From positions 70,687 to 134,686 of the forward strand of contig JBPOHQ010000004.1 in assembly GCA_052035405.1 (NCBI GenBank): a stretch of 64,000 nt of DNA, written 5' to 3'. Both the position numbers and the translations under genes were made by a program. Position 1 is the first letter of the stretch. Each line of letters starts with the position of its first letter. This stretch comes from Candidatus Nomurabacteria bacterium. GTDB taxonomy: Bacteria > Patescibacteriota > Minisyncoccia > Phycocordibacterales > UBA9973. Below the pieces are notes generated by a model that worked only from the letters and a program-made list of their open reading frames with translations, was not told the DNA's origin and made no database searches. Below, in pieces: positions 1 through 9,796 of this stretch.

Positions 1-200
1 TTTTTTGTATTTTCTAGAAGTGTTGCATTTTCTTTACCGCTCAAAAGACCAGTGGTTATTTCTTCTGTTCTCTCTTGTATTAATTTCTTCAAAGGCTTGG
101 CTGCTAATAAATAAAAAGCACAAAAAACCAACCCAAAGTTGATTACTTGTGCAAGCATTAACTTCCAATCTATGTGAAATGTTGAGATAAGACCTTCCAT
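1..200 (-). CDS. atpF: ATP synthase F0 subunit b (5' part; runs off window)
   Basis: Read manually: ATG at 200, MEGLISTFHIDWKLMLAQVINFGLVF...KPLKKLIQER; follows atpE. Confidence 0.9.
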   Translation of the reverse strand, partial: MEGLISTFHIDWKLMLAQVINFGLVFCAFYLLAAKPLKKLIQERTEEITTGLLSGKENATLLENTK

Positions 201-214
201 TATTTTAATACTAC

Positions 215-481
<267 letters not shown>

Positions 482-524
482 CTAATTTTTATAATTTTGA
501 CCTTTTTATTAATAATTTAATAAA

Positions 525-1463
525 CTAAATGTGTGATAACTGACCTTCGTTCTCTTTGTGGTGACTATGCTCATGCTCTTCGTGTTCAGAATGATCTTGT
601 GCTGCTATCGTAAAATACACCGTCGTCAGTAAACTAAATATAAGTGCCTGAATAAGGCCAATAAACACTTCTAAAAATAGAAATGGTGTAGGCAATACAA
701 AAGCAAGTATCGCTGCCATAGAAGACAACAACACTTCCCCAGCAAAAATATTTCCAAACAAACGGAATGAAAGTGAAGCAATTTTTGCTAGTTCTCCAAT
801 AAATTCTATAATACCTACAAAGAACGAAATGGGTGCGACAACAAGCACACTTGGGTCTTTTCTAACTTTCGTAAAAATAGAACCAAGCTCTTGTAGCTTA
901 ACATATTTATTAATCGTTTTCCAGATTCCTAAAGTAATGATCCCAAATATGTTTGAACCAACCACCGCAACAATACCTAAAGTAAGTGTCATATTTATAT
1001 CAGCTGTACCACCCCGAAAGAGTGGCACAAAAATAGAATGACCTTCTTCCATCATATAAAAGCCCATTGAACCAATAAACGGCAAAATACCCAGCCAATT
1101 ATTTATTAAAATAAATATAAAAACACTAAATACTACCGGAAAAATCTTATTTGATATTTTCCGGTCGTTCGTAACTTGATCTACAAGTGACAACGCCCCA
1201 TCTAAAACTATTTCAAATACATGCTGAAGTTTTCCAGGTATCTTTTTTAACTTAAGACGAAGGATAAGAGAAAAAACAATAATAACAAGGACAGCAAGCC
1301 ATGAGGTTAACAGTGAGTTAGTGATTTGAAAGTCTCCAATCTTAAAAAGTGGCTCAGCATAAATTGTAACCTCGTGAACCGGTTGTTCGGATGTCTCGTG
1401 CCCCACTTCCGTAGTGCTTACATTTTCTATTTCTTGTATGTTATTTGTTGTCATTTTTTTCAA
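525..1463 (-). CDS. atpB: ATP synthase F0 subunit a with His-rich C-tail
   Basis: SLSFRLFGNIFAGE and IQALIFSLLT motifs. Confidence 0.97.
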   Translation of the reverse strand: MKKMTTNNIQEIENVSTTEVGHETSEQPVHEVTIYAEPLFKIGDFQITNSLLTSWLAVLVIIVFSLILRLKLKKIPGKLQHVFEIVLDGALSLVDQVTNDRKISNKIFPVVFSVFIFILINNWLGILPFIGSMGFYMMEEGHSIFVPLFRGGTADINMTLTLGIVAVVGSNIFGIITLGIWKTINKYVKLQELGSIFTKVRKDPSVLVVAPISFFVGIIEFIGELAKIASLSFRLFGNIFAGEVLLSSMAAILAFVLPTPFLFLEVFIGLIQALIFSLLTTVYFTIAAQDHSEHEEHEHSHHKENEGQLSHI

Positions 1464-1692
1464 TATCTTTTTTGTATTTTTTTATTTCCTTGTAAATTCC
1501 ATAACAGCTAATTATAAAACCCAAGAACATCAGAACAAAGAACAAGGTTTGATTTCCTCTAAGAAAGTATTTTGAAAACATTAATGCAACTAAAACGGGA
1601 AAAATTATCCAAGATGTTACTTTTGCATAAAAAAACATGGCAGGCTTCCACCATGGGTTATTTTCACTGAATTGGTTTTCTTCGTTTTTCAT
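1441..1692 (-). CDS. AtpZ/AtpI-family small membrane protein
   Basis: Two TM helices, first gene of atp operon. Confidence 0.7.
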   Translation of the reverse strand: MKNEENQFSENNPWWKPAMFFYAKVTSWIIFPVLVALMFSKYFLRGNQTLFFVLMFLGFIISCYGIYKEIKKYKKDIEKNDNK

Positions 1693-1718
1693 AAAACAAA
1701 CCTTTGTACATGATACTG

Positions 1719-1807
1719 GTGGTCACACATAAAATTTTGCTAAATTTTTGTGCGACCCCGCCTCGGAACCGTCGTTCCTGCGGCTCTCACAAAGTACCCC
1801 GTACTTT
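1719..1807 (-). repeat. Three-hairpin element inserted at tRNA-Ile 3' end
   Basis: Hairpins CTCACAAAGTAC/GTACTTTGTGAG, GGAAC-GACG-GTTCC, AAAATTT-AGCA-AAATTTT; flanked by CAC direct repeat. Confidence 0.7.
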
Positions 1808-1808
1808 G

Positions 1809-1880
1809 TGAGCGTGGATGGAATCGGACCATCGACCTCTGTCTTATCAGGACAGCGTTCTACCACTGAACTACACGCTC
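1809..1880 (-). tRNA. tRNA-Ile(GAU)
   Basis: Cloverleaf GAGCGTG...CACGCTC-A; anticodon arm CTGTC-CTGATAA-GACAG; T-loop TCCGATT; no adjacent CCA. Confidence 0.95.
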
Positions 1881-1937
1881 ATACTTAAAACTATATTTTA
1901 TTGTATAAAAAATATAACAGAAATAATTTTTTTAAGC

Positions 1938-1972
1938 AAACAAAAACCCCACAATGTGTGGGGTAATTGTTT
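1938..1972 (-). terminator. Intrinsic terminator after RRM gene
   Basis: ACCCCACA/TGTGGGGT stem followed by T-tract on minus strand. Confidence 0.6.
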
Positions 1973-2001
1973 CAAAATTTAATTTAAGTGTAAAGAATAG
2001 A

Positions 2002-2325
2002 TTAGTATTCTCGGCGTCCACCTGAGCGTCCACCTCCGTATCCACCACCATTTCCACCTGTTCGTGGAGGGCGAGCTTCCATTGGACGAGCTTCGTTAAC
2101 TGTGAGTTTTCTTCCTTCGAATTCTTTGTCGTTAAACATTGCAATAGCATTTTGTGCTTCTGCATCAGATGACATTTCTACGAATCCGAATCCTTTTGAG
2201 CGACCAGACATCTTGTCCATAATAATAACAGCAGATGTTACTGAACCTGCTTGTGCAAAGTACTCACGAAGAGCATCTTCACCTGTTGAGTAAGGGAGTC
2301 CCCCTACATATAGCTTTGTAGCCAT
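2002..2325 (-). CDS. RRM (RNP-1) RNA-binding protein with Gly-rich tail
   Basis: RNP2 LYVGGL, RNP1 KGFGFVEM. Confidence 0.95.
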   Translation of the reverse strand: MATKLYVGGLPYSTGEDALREYFAQAGSVTSAVIIMDKMSGRSKGFGFVEMSSDAEAQNAIAMFNDKEFEGRKLTVNEARPMEARPPRTGGNGGGYGGGRSGGRREY

Positions 2326-2462
2326 ACTATATACTTCTCCTGTTTTTAGAAAAACTCAGGCAAAAACTAATTATAATACCGTAGAGAAGAGTCGCTCAAT
2401 GTAACAAAGGCCCCCCAAAACTACTTGCTTGTAGTATGACACAGTAAACTGCTAAAAGCAAT

Positions 2463-2495
2463 AAAAAAGGGCGACCCGTGAGGGTGCCCTTAAAA
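2463..2495. terminator. Intrinsic terminator
   Basis: AAGGGCGACCC-GTGA-GGGTGCCCTT stem with A/T tracts. Confidence 0.65.
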
Positions 2496-2514
2496 ATACT
2501 ACTAAACAAGAAAA

Positions 2515-2713
2515 CTAAACAATCCTAAATCCTCCAGGATTGGAGCACGGAGATGCTGGCTCTATTAGTAGAGGTATTTGTTGTTTTTCTTGCTGTTGCT
2601 TTTCTTGCTGTTGTTTTTCTTGCTGTTGCTGTTGCTGTTCTTGTTCGAGTTGGCTTTGATCTTGGTTTTGGTTTTGGGCAACGACGAGCAATACTTCTTC
2701 TACTGGCATACAA
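2515..2713 (-). CDS. Small low-complexity ORF; frame ambiguous (poly-Q 64 aa from ATG 2709, or R/K/T-rich 62 aa from TTG 2713)
   Basis: 15-bp tandem repeat at about 2576-2640; own promoter at 2930 and terminator at 2465. Confidence 0.4.
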
Positions 2714-2893
2714 ATTAAATTTGAAAAATCAAAAAATACATGACCCACATTGGTCACGTTTATCTTTACCCGACTGTGTGTATCGGGAACAAAGGTATAC
2801 AGGCTTGTAAAACAAACCAACATAACTTTGTTTCCGAATCTCACTTGAACACAAACAAAACCAAAAAATTTTAAAGAACTAAACTGCATTAAA

Positions 2894-2936
2894 TATGCAG
2901 GGTTATTATTGTACCCTGCATAAAATCATAAGTCAA
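2894..2936 (-). promoter_or_regulatory. Sigma70 promoter with -10 enclosed in an inverted repeat
   Basis: TTGACT-17-TACAAT; ATGCAGGGT/ACCCTGCAT palindrome around the -10. Confidence 0.6.
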
Positions 2937-2938
2937 CT

Positions 2939-3913
2939 TTACTCCTCGTCTGCGTCACCAGTCTCTCCTGATTCAAGTGCATTAAAAATATCATCTATCT
3001 CTCCTTCTAGGATTTTAGGTAGATTATGCCAAGACTTTTTGATACGGTGGTCAGTGATACGATCTTGGGAAAAGTTATAGGTACGAATCTTTTCACTTCT
3101 ATCCCCCGTTCCAATTTGATTTTTTCGGACACCTGCGTACTTCTTTGCCTCCTCTTCTTCTTTGAGCTGTTGAAGCTTAGCTACTAATATCATCATCGCT
3201 TTTTCACGGTTAGCGAGCTGACTTCGTTCATTTGTAGAACGTACATCGAGCCCTGTAGGTTTGTGTATAATACGCACAGCAGTCTCCACCTTATTCACGT
3301 TCTGCCCCCCTTTTCCTCCAGAGCGAGAATACTCCATATCGAAGTCCGCAGGATTTACTTCAAAATTAACTTTCTTCTTTATAGGCAGCACTGCGACAGA
3401 CGCAGTCGACGTATGGACACGGCCGTTTTTCTCAGTCGCAGGAATTCTCTGAACTCTATGCACACCAGTCTCGTAACGCATTAAACGATACACATCCTTG
3501 CCTTTTACCTCAAAACTAGCTTCTTTGTATCCTCCGATATCATTTTTTGATTCGTAGTTTACTTTCCATTGCCATCCTCGAACCTCAGCAAACCTCTCGT
3601 ACATATGAGCGAGCTCCCACGCAAACAATGCAGCTTCATCTCCTCCTGCTCCAGCACGTACTTCGAGCACTATTTCATTTGGAAATTCTTCTTCCTCTTT
3701 CTCTTTATCTAAAATTTCTTGAATTTGTTTTTCTGTAGCATCTCTCTGCTCTTGGATTGACTTGAGTTCGTTTGCTGCTAATTCGTGCAGCGTATCATCT
3801 GAATCAAGCATCTCTCGTACTTCAGCTTCTTCGCGAGCAAGACGCTCTAAAATAAGAGCAAGGTAACTCGTCTGATTATTCTTCTTTAATTCTTCTATGT
3901 CAAAAGATGCCAT
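2939..3913 (-). CDS. prfA: Peptide chain release factor 1 (short N-terminal domain)
   Basis: GGQ motif, RF1-type PxT (RIPATE); start MASFD preferred. Confidence 0.95.
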   Translation of the reverse strand: MASFDIEELKKNNQTSYLALILERLAREEAEVREMLDSDDTLHELAANELKSIQEQRDATEKQIQEILDKEKEEEEFPNEIVLEVRAGAGGDEAALFAWELAHMYERFAEVRGWQWKVNYESKNDIGGYKEASFEVKGKDVYRLMRYETGVHRVQRIPATEKNGRVHTSTASVAVLPIKKKVNFEVNPADFDMEYSRSGGKGGQNVNKVETAVRIIHKPTGLDVRSTNERSQLANREKAMMILVAKLQQLKEEEEAKKYAGVRKNQIGTGDRSEKIRTYNFSQDRITDHRIKKSWHNLPKILEGEIDDIFNALESGETGDADEE

Positions 3914-3993
3914 ATAAACAAAAACATGAGAGTCTTTAAGCAAACAAGTTATGTATTCGTTTGCAGAAATTCTCTCATGTTTATGATATTAAT

Positions 3994-4206
3994 TTATTTT
4001 GCGGTAGCTTTTGCTCGACGCTTATTAAATCGGTCTACGCGTCCTGCAACGTCCATAATCTTTTCGTTACCAGTGTAGAAAGGGTGGCATTGGCTGCAGA
4101 TTTCAACTCTAATCTCTGCGAGGGTTGAACCTATTTCATAGGTAGCACCACAAGCACAAGTAGCTACTGTTTTATTATTATATTTTGGGTGTATGCCTTT
4201 TTTCAT
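3994..4206 (-). CDS. rpmE: 50S ribosomal protein L31 (zinc-binding type)
   Basis: [23 protein letters not shown]. Confidence 0.97.
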   Translation of the reverse strand: MKKGIHPKYNNKTVATCACGATYEIGSTLAEIRVEICSQCHPFYTGNEKIMDVAGRVDRFNKRRAKATAK

Positions 4207-4229
4207 CGTTTTTACAGAATATCACGACT

Positions 4230-5591
4230 TTAATTTGAAAGCAAGTCTATGTCTGCTTGCATTTTTTCTCTTAAAGCCATAACGTTGTTACCATAGCTGA
4301 CTATCTCTTTCTCTCTTTTTGATTTAGGATTCTTAGGACAAGAAGATCCAGAATAATATTTACATGCTGCATTACGTTCAGCTGTATATGTACCAGCATT
4401 TGCGCCTAATTCACCCATATAAGTTGAAGTTGCCGTAATAGCATGAAATGGATCCCATGGATTTGGCATGCCAGATATACCAACAGCTTTTGCTATCTTT
4501 GAAGCGAAGAGTTCCCAAGTAGAAGGTATAAATTGTGAAGGACCCATCGCTCCACCATATCCAGATCCTTGTGGGCAAGATAGTGGTGTACCAGCGAGAG
4601 GTAAACCTAGATCTGCCATGATTCTTTTGTATGGTTCAGTATCTCTAGGAGATTTCATTATATTTTCCCAAGATTTTGAAGCAGGGTCTGTCGACCTATT
4701 ACAAGTTCCAACATTAGCTCCTAGATTTGTCTCTTGTCTTAGAATAGCGAGAGTAAGTGCCGGATGTACGCCCGTAGCCTTTTCTGCTTTTTCAGCGTAC
4801 GATACTGCTGTTCCAAAAGGTATTGCTTTTGTATCACGAAGGGTAAACAATGCTGCTCGTATTTTATCTGCTTGTGCTTTTTTAGTAGCGGCAAGTTTCT
4901 GATATTCGGCTTCTTTGTTTTTACTTATAGATAATAACTTCTTTTTTTCAGCTTCGGTCTGAGCTACTTTTTTCTGACTTAGTTCTAATTCTATTTTTGC
5001 ATCAGTTTCTGCATCTTGTTTTTTTTCAAGGTCCTTTTTTTCTTCTTCTGTTTCAGACTTTACCCCTTTAATTTCATCTACCGATCTTTTTATGGCCTCT
5101 TTTAACGAAGAATAGGATTCCAAATCTCCATAAAAACCAGATAAATTTTCACCGGAGAGTAATAAGTGTACCAAGTTTTCATTATCAAAATCATTAGTAT
5201 TTCTAATAAGTTGTCCAAGTGACTCATACTGATTTTCAATTTTATCAGATAGGTTTTCTATCTTTGAATTTTTTTCTTTTATAGATACTTTAAGCTGAGC
5301 AATGACTAAAGCTCGGGCTTTAACTTTTGTCTTGAGTGCATTTATTTGAGCGTTTAAATATTTAACATCTCCAGTAAGAGTACCAGTGTTCTTTTGTTGC
5401 TCTTTTTGTTTATTCAAAAGATCAGCAAGTTCGGCTTCAATATTTCCAAGTTCGATTTTACAATAATCTTTATCCGCTTGAGAAGAAGCTGTGGTTAAAG
5501 TTAGACAATCAAAAGCTGCCTCTACTTTTTTGAAAGGTAGATGAATGAATAATCCGAGTATGAAAATAAAAACTATGGCTTTTTTGTCCAT
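4230..5591 (-). CDS. Secreted coiled-coil protein with C-terminal lytic transglycosylase (SLT_2-like)
   Basis: Signal peptide, long coiled coil, AILRQET and GAMGPSQFIPSTW motifs. Confidence 0.85.
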   Translation of the reverse strand: MDKKAIVFIFILGLFIHLPFKKVEAAFDCLTLTTASSQADKDYCKIELGNIEAELADLLNKQKEQQKNTGTLTGDVKYLNAQINALKTKVKARALVIAQLKVSIKEKNSKIENLSDKIENQYESLGQLIRNTNDFDNENLVHLLLSGENLSGFYGDLESYSSLKEAIKRSVDEIKGVKSETEEEKKDLEKKQDAETDAKIELELSQKKVAQTEAEKKKLLSISKNKEAEYQKLAATKKAQADKIRAALFTLRDTKAIPFGTAVSYAEKAEKATGVHPALTLAILRQETNLGANVGTCNRSTDPASKSWENIMKSPRDTEPYKRIMADLGLPLAGTPLSCPQGSGYGGAMGPSQFIPSTWELFASKIAKAVGISGMPNPWDPFHAITATSTYMGELGANAGTYTAERNAACKYYSGSSCPKNPKSKREKEIVSYGNNVMALREKMQADIDLLSN

Positions 5592-5622
5592 AGTTTTTAT
5601 TGTAACATATTTTTTATTTTTT

Positions 5623-6252
5623 TTATGCCTCAGGTGCTTCTTCTTCTTTCTTACCCTTCTTTTCTACTTCAATAGCAGATAAATCAACTGGCATTTCTTC
5701 TTTCTCTTCTTTCATTACTGCAACAGAAGCAATTATTTCAGTTTCTTTTGTAACCAAGGTAACACCTTTTGGTAATACTATCTCTGAAGCAGATATTTGA
5801 CTGTCTAGATCAACAAGAGAAGATATATCAACTGAAATAGATTGAGGTAAATCTTTAGGAAGAGCTGACACTTCAATTTCATGAAGTACCTTTACAAGAA
5901 CCCCTAGCCCAGCTTTAACAGCAGGAGCTACACCAATAAATTCTAGTGGAATGGATACCTCTACAGTCTTATTTGCATCAATAACCATGAAATCAACATG
6001 GATAGGTTCACCTGTGATTGGATTAACACTCACATCATGAATAAGCACATCAAGATTAGACCCTGTCATAGTAAGTTTAACAGCAGAAGACTCCCCAGCA
6101 TGCTTCCAGACTTTTTTAAATTCATTAGTTGGTATAGAGATAGGAGTAGTCTCTTTACCCATGCCGTAAAATACAGCAGGAATCTCACCACCTCTTCTCA
6201 AGGCTTCTAAATTTTCTTTTAAATCTCTCTTTTTAGCTTTAATATCAAACAT
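5623..6252 (-). CDS. rplY: 50S ribosomal protein L25/Ctc
   Basis: LRRGGEIPAVFYG, HVDF motifs; start at 6252 follows TATAAT. Confidence 0.95.
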   Translation of the reverse strand: MFDIKAKKRDLKENLEALRRGGEIPAVFYGMGKETTPISIPTNEFKKVWKHAGESSAVKLTMTGSNLDVLIHDVSVNPITGEPIHVDFMVIDANKTVEVSIPLEFIGVAPAVKAGLGVLVKVLHEIEVSALPKDLPQSISVDISSLVDLDSQISASEIVLPKGVTLVTKETEIIASVAVMKEEKEEMPVDLSAIEVEKKGKKEEEAPEA

Positions 6253-6324
6253 GGATTTTATTATATACAAAAAACTTAAAAAAGCAACTATCTTATAAAT
6301 ACCGTCGGCAATCTTTAATTAGAA

Positions 6325-7992
6325 TTACTTTTCCACTGTAATGTGAGCTATCATGTATTCTTTTGTACCCTGTTTACCTTCTCTTACAACCTTCTTCCCA
6401 GGATTAAATATATATAGTGGATCAAAAATTTCTTTTATCTGTTTAAAGATATTGATAATTTGATTGTTATACATTTTAGATAGATATGCTGTACGTATAA
6501 GACCATCGTTGTGTTCAGCTGTGATAGACCCTCCAAGTCGTACTACCAAGTCATACACTCTGTCTGAGACTTCCATAATCATCTCTTTTAATTTCTTATC
6601 TTTGGGATTAACTAATGTGTAGATATGTAAATTTCCATCTCCCGCATGTCCGCCTACAGCAAAAGTCATGCGTTTCTTGTAATCCCCTAATATCTTGTAT
6701 AACACTGGGAAAAATTCTGGAAGTTTTTCAGGACGAACAATCACATCATCTATAAATGGTTTTGATTTTACTTTTTTCAAATGGTAACGAATCATATTAA
6801 ATGCTTCATGACGGATGGTCCAATACTTCTTCGCTTCGAAAGCATCACGAGTAAGTCTAATACCAATCTTTTTAGTATTCTTTAAATCTTCATAAGCCCT
6901 CTGCGCTTCACTATCCGCCTCAGCTTGAGTCTCTCCTGTAAACTCAACTAGCAGGATGAGTTTTGGGAAACCATGTTGTAAGGTCATCATCGTCTCTGGA
7001 CCAAAAGAGAAAATGAGTTTAAATAAATTTTTTACCCCTAACAGTTTTGTGAAATCCTTTATGTATTTTAAAACTAAGAAAAAAGTCTTATCATCATATG
7101 ACTCGAGTGTCTGCGGGTTGTATTTTAATATTTTATTTACAAGATCTGGCACGATACTCATATCTCGCAAGAAGATAACAAGAAGTTTTGTGTACTTTGG
7201 GTCTACTACGAGCTTGTAAGTGATCTCTGTTGCTATGCCGAGTGTACCCTGAGAACCTACGAGAAGTCTGTTTAGATTAAAAATCTTTTTCTCTTCATCC
7301 CAGACATTCCAAATAGAATATCCAGCAGAATTTTTGTGTACATTTGGCTTGGCTTTTTGTATTTCTTCCTTGTTGGTTTGTATAAGTTCAAAAATACTTT
7401 TATAAATATTTCCTTCATAATCCCCTTGTGAAATTTTTTGCTTCAATTCTTCTTCATTAAGAGGCTTTACTGTATAGACATTACCGTCGTTAAAAACAAC
7501 TTTTGATTCCATCACATATTCCTCAGTTTTACCGTATTTTAAAGTTCGCTCTCCTGCAGAATTATTTCCAAACATTCCTCCAACAGCATTTAAGTTTTTT
7601 GAAGCAGTATAACAAGGTAATATTGTTCCCTTTTCTAGGGTAACTTTTTCAAAATCTCTATAAAACATTCCAGGCTGCACTACTATTTTGAGTGGATCTT
7701 CGAAGGAAAGGACTTGGTTCATGTATCGAGTAAAGTCCAGTATAATAGACTCTCCTACTGCTCCTCCTGACATATCAGTACCTGCGCAGCGTGCTGTAAT
7801 AGAAAGTCCTTCGTATTTATCTTTATTCTCATTTACCCATTTTACAAGATTCTTTACATCCTCAGTGTCTTTTGGAAAAAGAACAACTTTAGGACGAATC
7901 TCAAAAACACTCGCATCATGCGAATATTTAACCAATGTCTCCTCACTATCATCTACATCTCCTTTAAATATTTTTTGTATGTCTTCTTTCAT
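6325..7992 (-). CDS. FAD-linked oxidase (GlcD/D-lactate dehydrogenase family)
   Basis: AGTDMSGG, GSQGTLG, GHAGDGNLH, AEHNDG, NPGK. Confidence 0.9.
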   Translation of the reverse strand: MKEDIQKIFKGDVDDSEETLVKYSHDASVFEIRPKVVLFPKDTEDVKNLVKWVNENKDKYEGLSITARCAGTDMSGGAVGESIILDFTRYMNQVLSFEDPLKIVVQPGMFYRDFEKVTLEKGTILPCYTASKNLNAVGGMFGNNSAGERTLKYGKTEEYVMESKVVFNDGNVYTVKPLNEEELKQKISQGDYEGNIYKSIFELIQTNKEEIQKAKPNVHKNSAGYSIWNVWDEEKKIFNLNRLLVGSQGTLGIATEITYKLVVDPKYTKLLVIFLRDMSIVPDLVNKILKYNPQTLESYDDKTFFLVLKYIKDFTKLLGVKNLFKLIFSFGPETMMTLQHGFPKLILLVEFTGETQAEADSEAQRAYEDLKNTKKIGIRLTRDAFEAKKYWTIRHEAFNMIRYHLKKVKSKPFIDDVIVRPEKLPEFFPVLYKILGDYKKRMTFAVGGHAGDGNLHIYTLVNPKDKKLKEMIMEVSDRVYDLVVRLGGSITAEHNDGLIRTAYLSKMYNNQIINIFKQIKEIFDPLYIFNPGKKVVREGKQGTKEYMIAHITVEK

Positions 7993-8909
7993 TTTTTAAT
8001 TATAACAGATTTATTTAATTTAATTATTTTCTCCCGAATTTCTTTTCTAAGCCAAAGTTTTGATGTTACCCCTATATACCCTTCAAATTTTATATCAATT
8101 ATTTCTTGAAGTAAGTTTTTTAATTTATCACTTTCAGTATAAATATAATTAACACCCTCACTAATGCTAGGGACAGAAAGCATCCAGTCTTCTTTACCAA
8201 AACTTTGTAAAGCCTTTTTTGCATTTTCTTTATTATTTTTAATAAAAGAAGAACCGTCCCATATCTCAACTTGTCCAAAAACAATATTATCTAGAATAAT
8301 CTTTGTATCTTCTTTAATGGCTTTTTCTGGATTTTCTTCGATGTATTTTGCCTGCTCATTAAAATATTCTTCTTTCCAGTTTTCAGGCAAATCTATAAAT
8401 TCTTGCAATTCATTAAAGGCATTAACATCTCTTTCATTATTTACCGATGATTTAAAATCTAAAGTATTTGAAACAATAGCTATTATAAGCAAATTAGCAT
8501 TTATAGAATCTATCATTACTCCAGACTTTTTATATTCCTCCCAAATCAAAGTCGCACAAGAACCAACCATTTCGATTTTAGATTTATTTCCAAGTAAAGT
8601 TTCGTAATGTTCTTGAAAACCATATCTATGATCAAATAATTCTATTATATTATTATCATTAGCAACTTTTGCAACATGGGAAGGCTCAGAAACATCTACT
8701 ATAACAAAACGATCACTCTCGACTGGTTTAATTTCAGTTTCAAAAGAAATATTCCAGGATTTTATGTTATCGGTTATGCTTGCATTTAATGGACCAGGTA
8801 AATAAACCTTATTATCAAATCCTTTTTGTTTTAATAAGTATCCATAAGCAACAGCACAAGCAAAAGCGTCGATGTCCGTATATAATTCTCCTGCCGTAAT
8901 ATAAATCAT
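7989..8909 (-). CDS. DHH-family phosphoesterase (PpaC-like pyrophosphatase)
   Basis: YTDIDA, VIVD, DHR (DHH variant), VGSCATLIW, IVSNTL. Confidence 0.75.
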   Translation of the reverse strand: MIYITAGELYTDIDAFACAVAYGYLLKQKGFDNKVYLPGPLNASITDNIKSWNISFETEIKPVESDRFVIVDVSEPSHVAKVANDNNIIELFDHRYGFQEHYETLLGNKSKIEMVGSCATLIWEEYKKSGVMIDSINANLLIIAIVSNTLDFKSSVNNERDVNAFNELQEFIDLPENWKEEYFNEQAKYIEENPEKAIKEDTKIILDNIVFGQVEIWDGSSFIKNNKENAKKALQSFGKEDWMLSVPSISEGVNYIYTESDKLKNLLQEIIDIKFEGYIGVTSKLWLRKEIREKIIKLNKSVIIKK

Positions 8910-8915
8910 TTCTAT

Positions 8916-9782
8916 TTACTGCATCATATTAAAAAGTTTTAATCTACTTTCTACTACTTTTTCTATTGCGTCCACTGCTGGTTGAAGTATCTTTGATGGA
9001 TTTATTTCTCCCGGAAGATCTTGAAGGGATTTTTCTATAGCTTCACGAAAGGCAAGACGTATCTCACTATTGATATGAACCATGTTTACCCCTGCTTTTA
9101 TAGCGTTAGTAAAATCTTCATCTCGTAGACCTGAGCCACCATGAAGGACGAGTGGAATATTTGTTATCTCTCTAATTGCTTTTGTAACTTCTATGTTTAT
9201 ATGAGGCTTACCACTTTTTATAAGTCCATGAATAGAGCCTATTGAAGGAGCGAGTAAATCAATACCCGTCTCATCGACAAATCTCTTTGCTTCTTCAGGG
9301 TTTGTAAGTATACCTGCACCTTCTGGAATAGAGTCTTTAATATTTGATCCAGAACCTATGTATCCTATCTCGGCTTCAACTAGAATATCTCGGCCAGTCA
9401 TAGCCTTCACCTCATGAGCATAATCTACGCATTTCTTCGTGAGTGCGACATTTTCTTCGAAAGGTAATTTTGCTGCGTCGATAATAACAGAATCAAATCC
9501 TGCATCAATGCATTTCTTTACACTTTCAAAACTCGCATGATGATCTGCATTTAAGAATATTGGGAAGTTGTCTCTCTCTCGGAGCATCTTTACTAGTACT
9601 GCGACTTCATCTATACCCACGAAAGCTTCTTCTCCTTCTGAAACTCCTATAACTACAGGCACGTTGAGCTTCTTTGCAGCATTATATATGCCGTGCAATG
9701 CCTCAAGATTAGAAATATTAAAATGCCCTACCGCTACCCCCTTCTCCCCAGCTTCTTTAATACATTCACGTAGTGTTTTCAT
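8916..9782 (-). CDS. fba: Class II fructose-bisphosphate aldolase
   Basis: NADHH, VEAEIGYIG, PLVLHGGSG. Confidence 0.93.
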   Translation of the reverse strand: MKTLRECIKEAGEKGVAVGHFNISNLEALHGIYNAAKKLNVPVVIGVSEGEEAFVGIDEVAVLVKMLRERDNFPIFLNADHHASFESVKKCIDAGFDSVIIDAAKLPFEENVALTKKCVDYAHEVKAMTGRDILVEAEIGYIGSGSNIKDSIPEGAGILTNPEEAKRFVDETGIDLLAPSIGSIHGLIKSGKPHINIEVTKAIREITNIPLVLHGGSGLRDEDFTNAIKAGVNMVHINSEIRLAFREAIEKSLQDLPGEINPSKILQPAVDAIEKVVESRLKLFNMMQ

Positions 9783-9796
9783 AATATAACTTAGAT

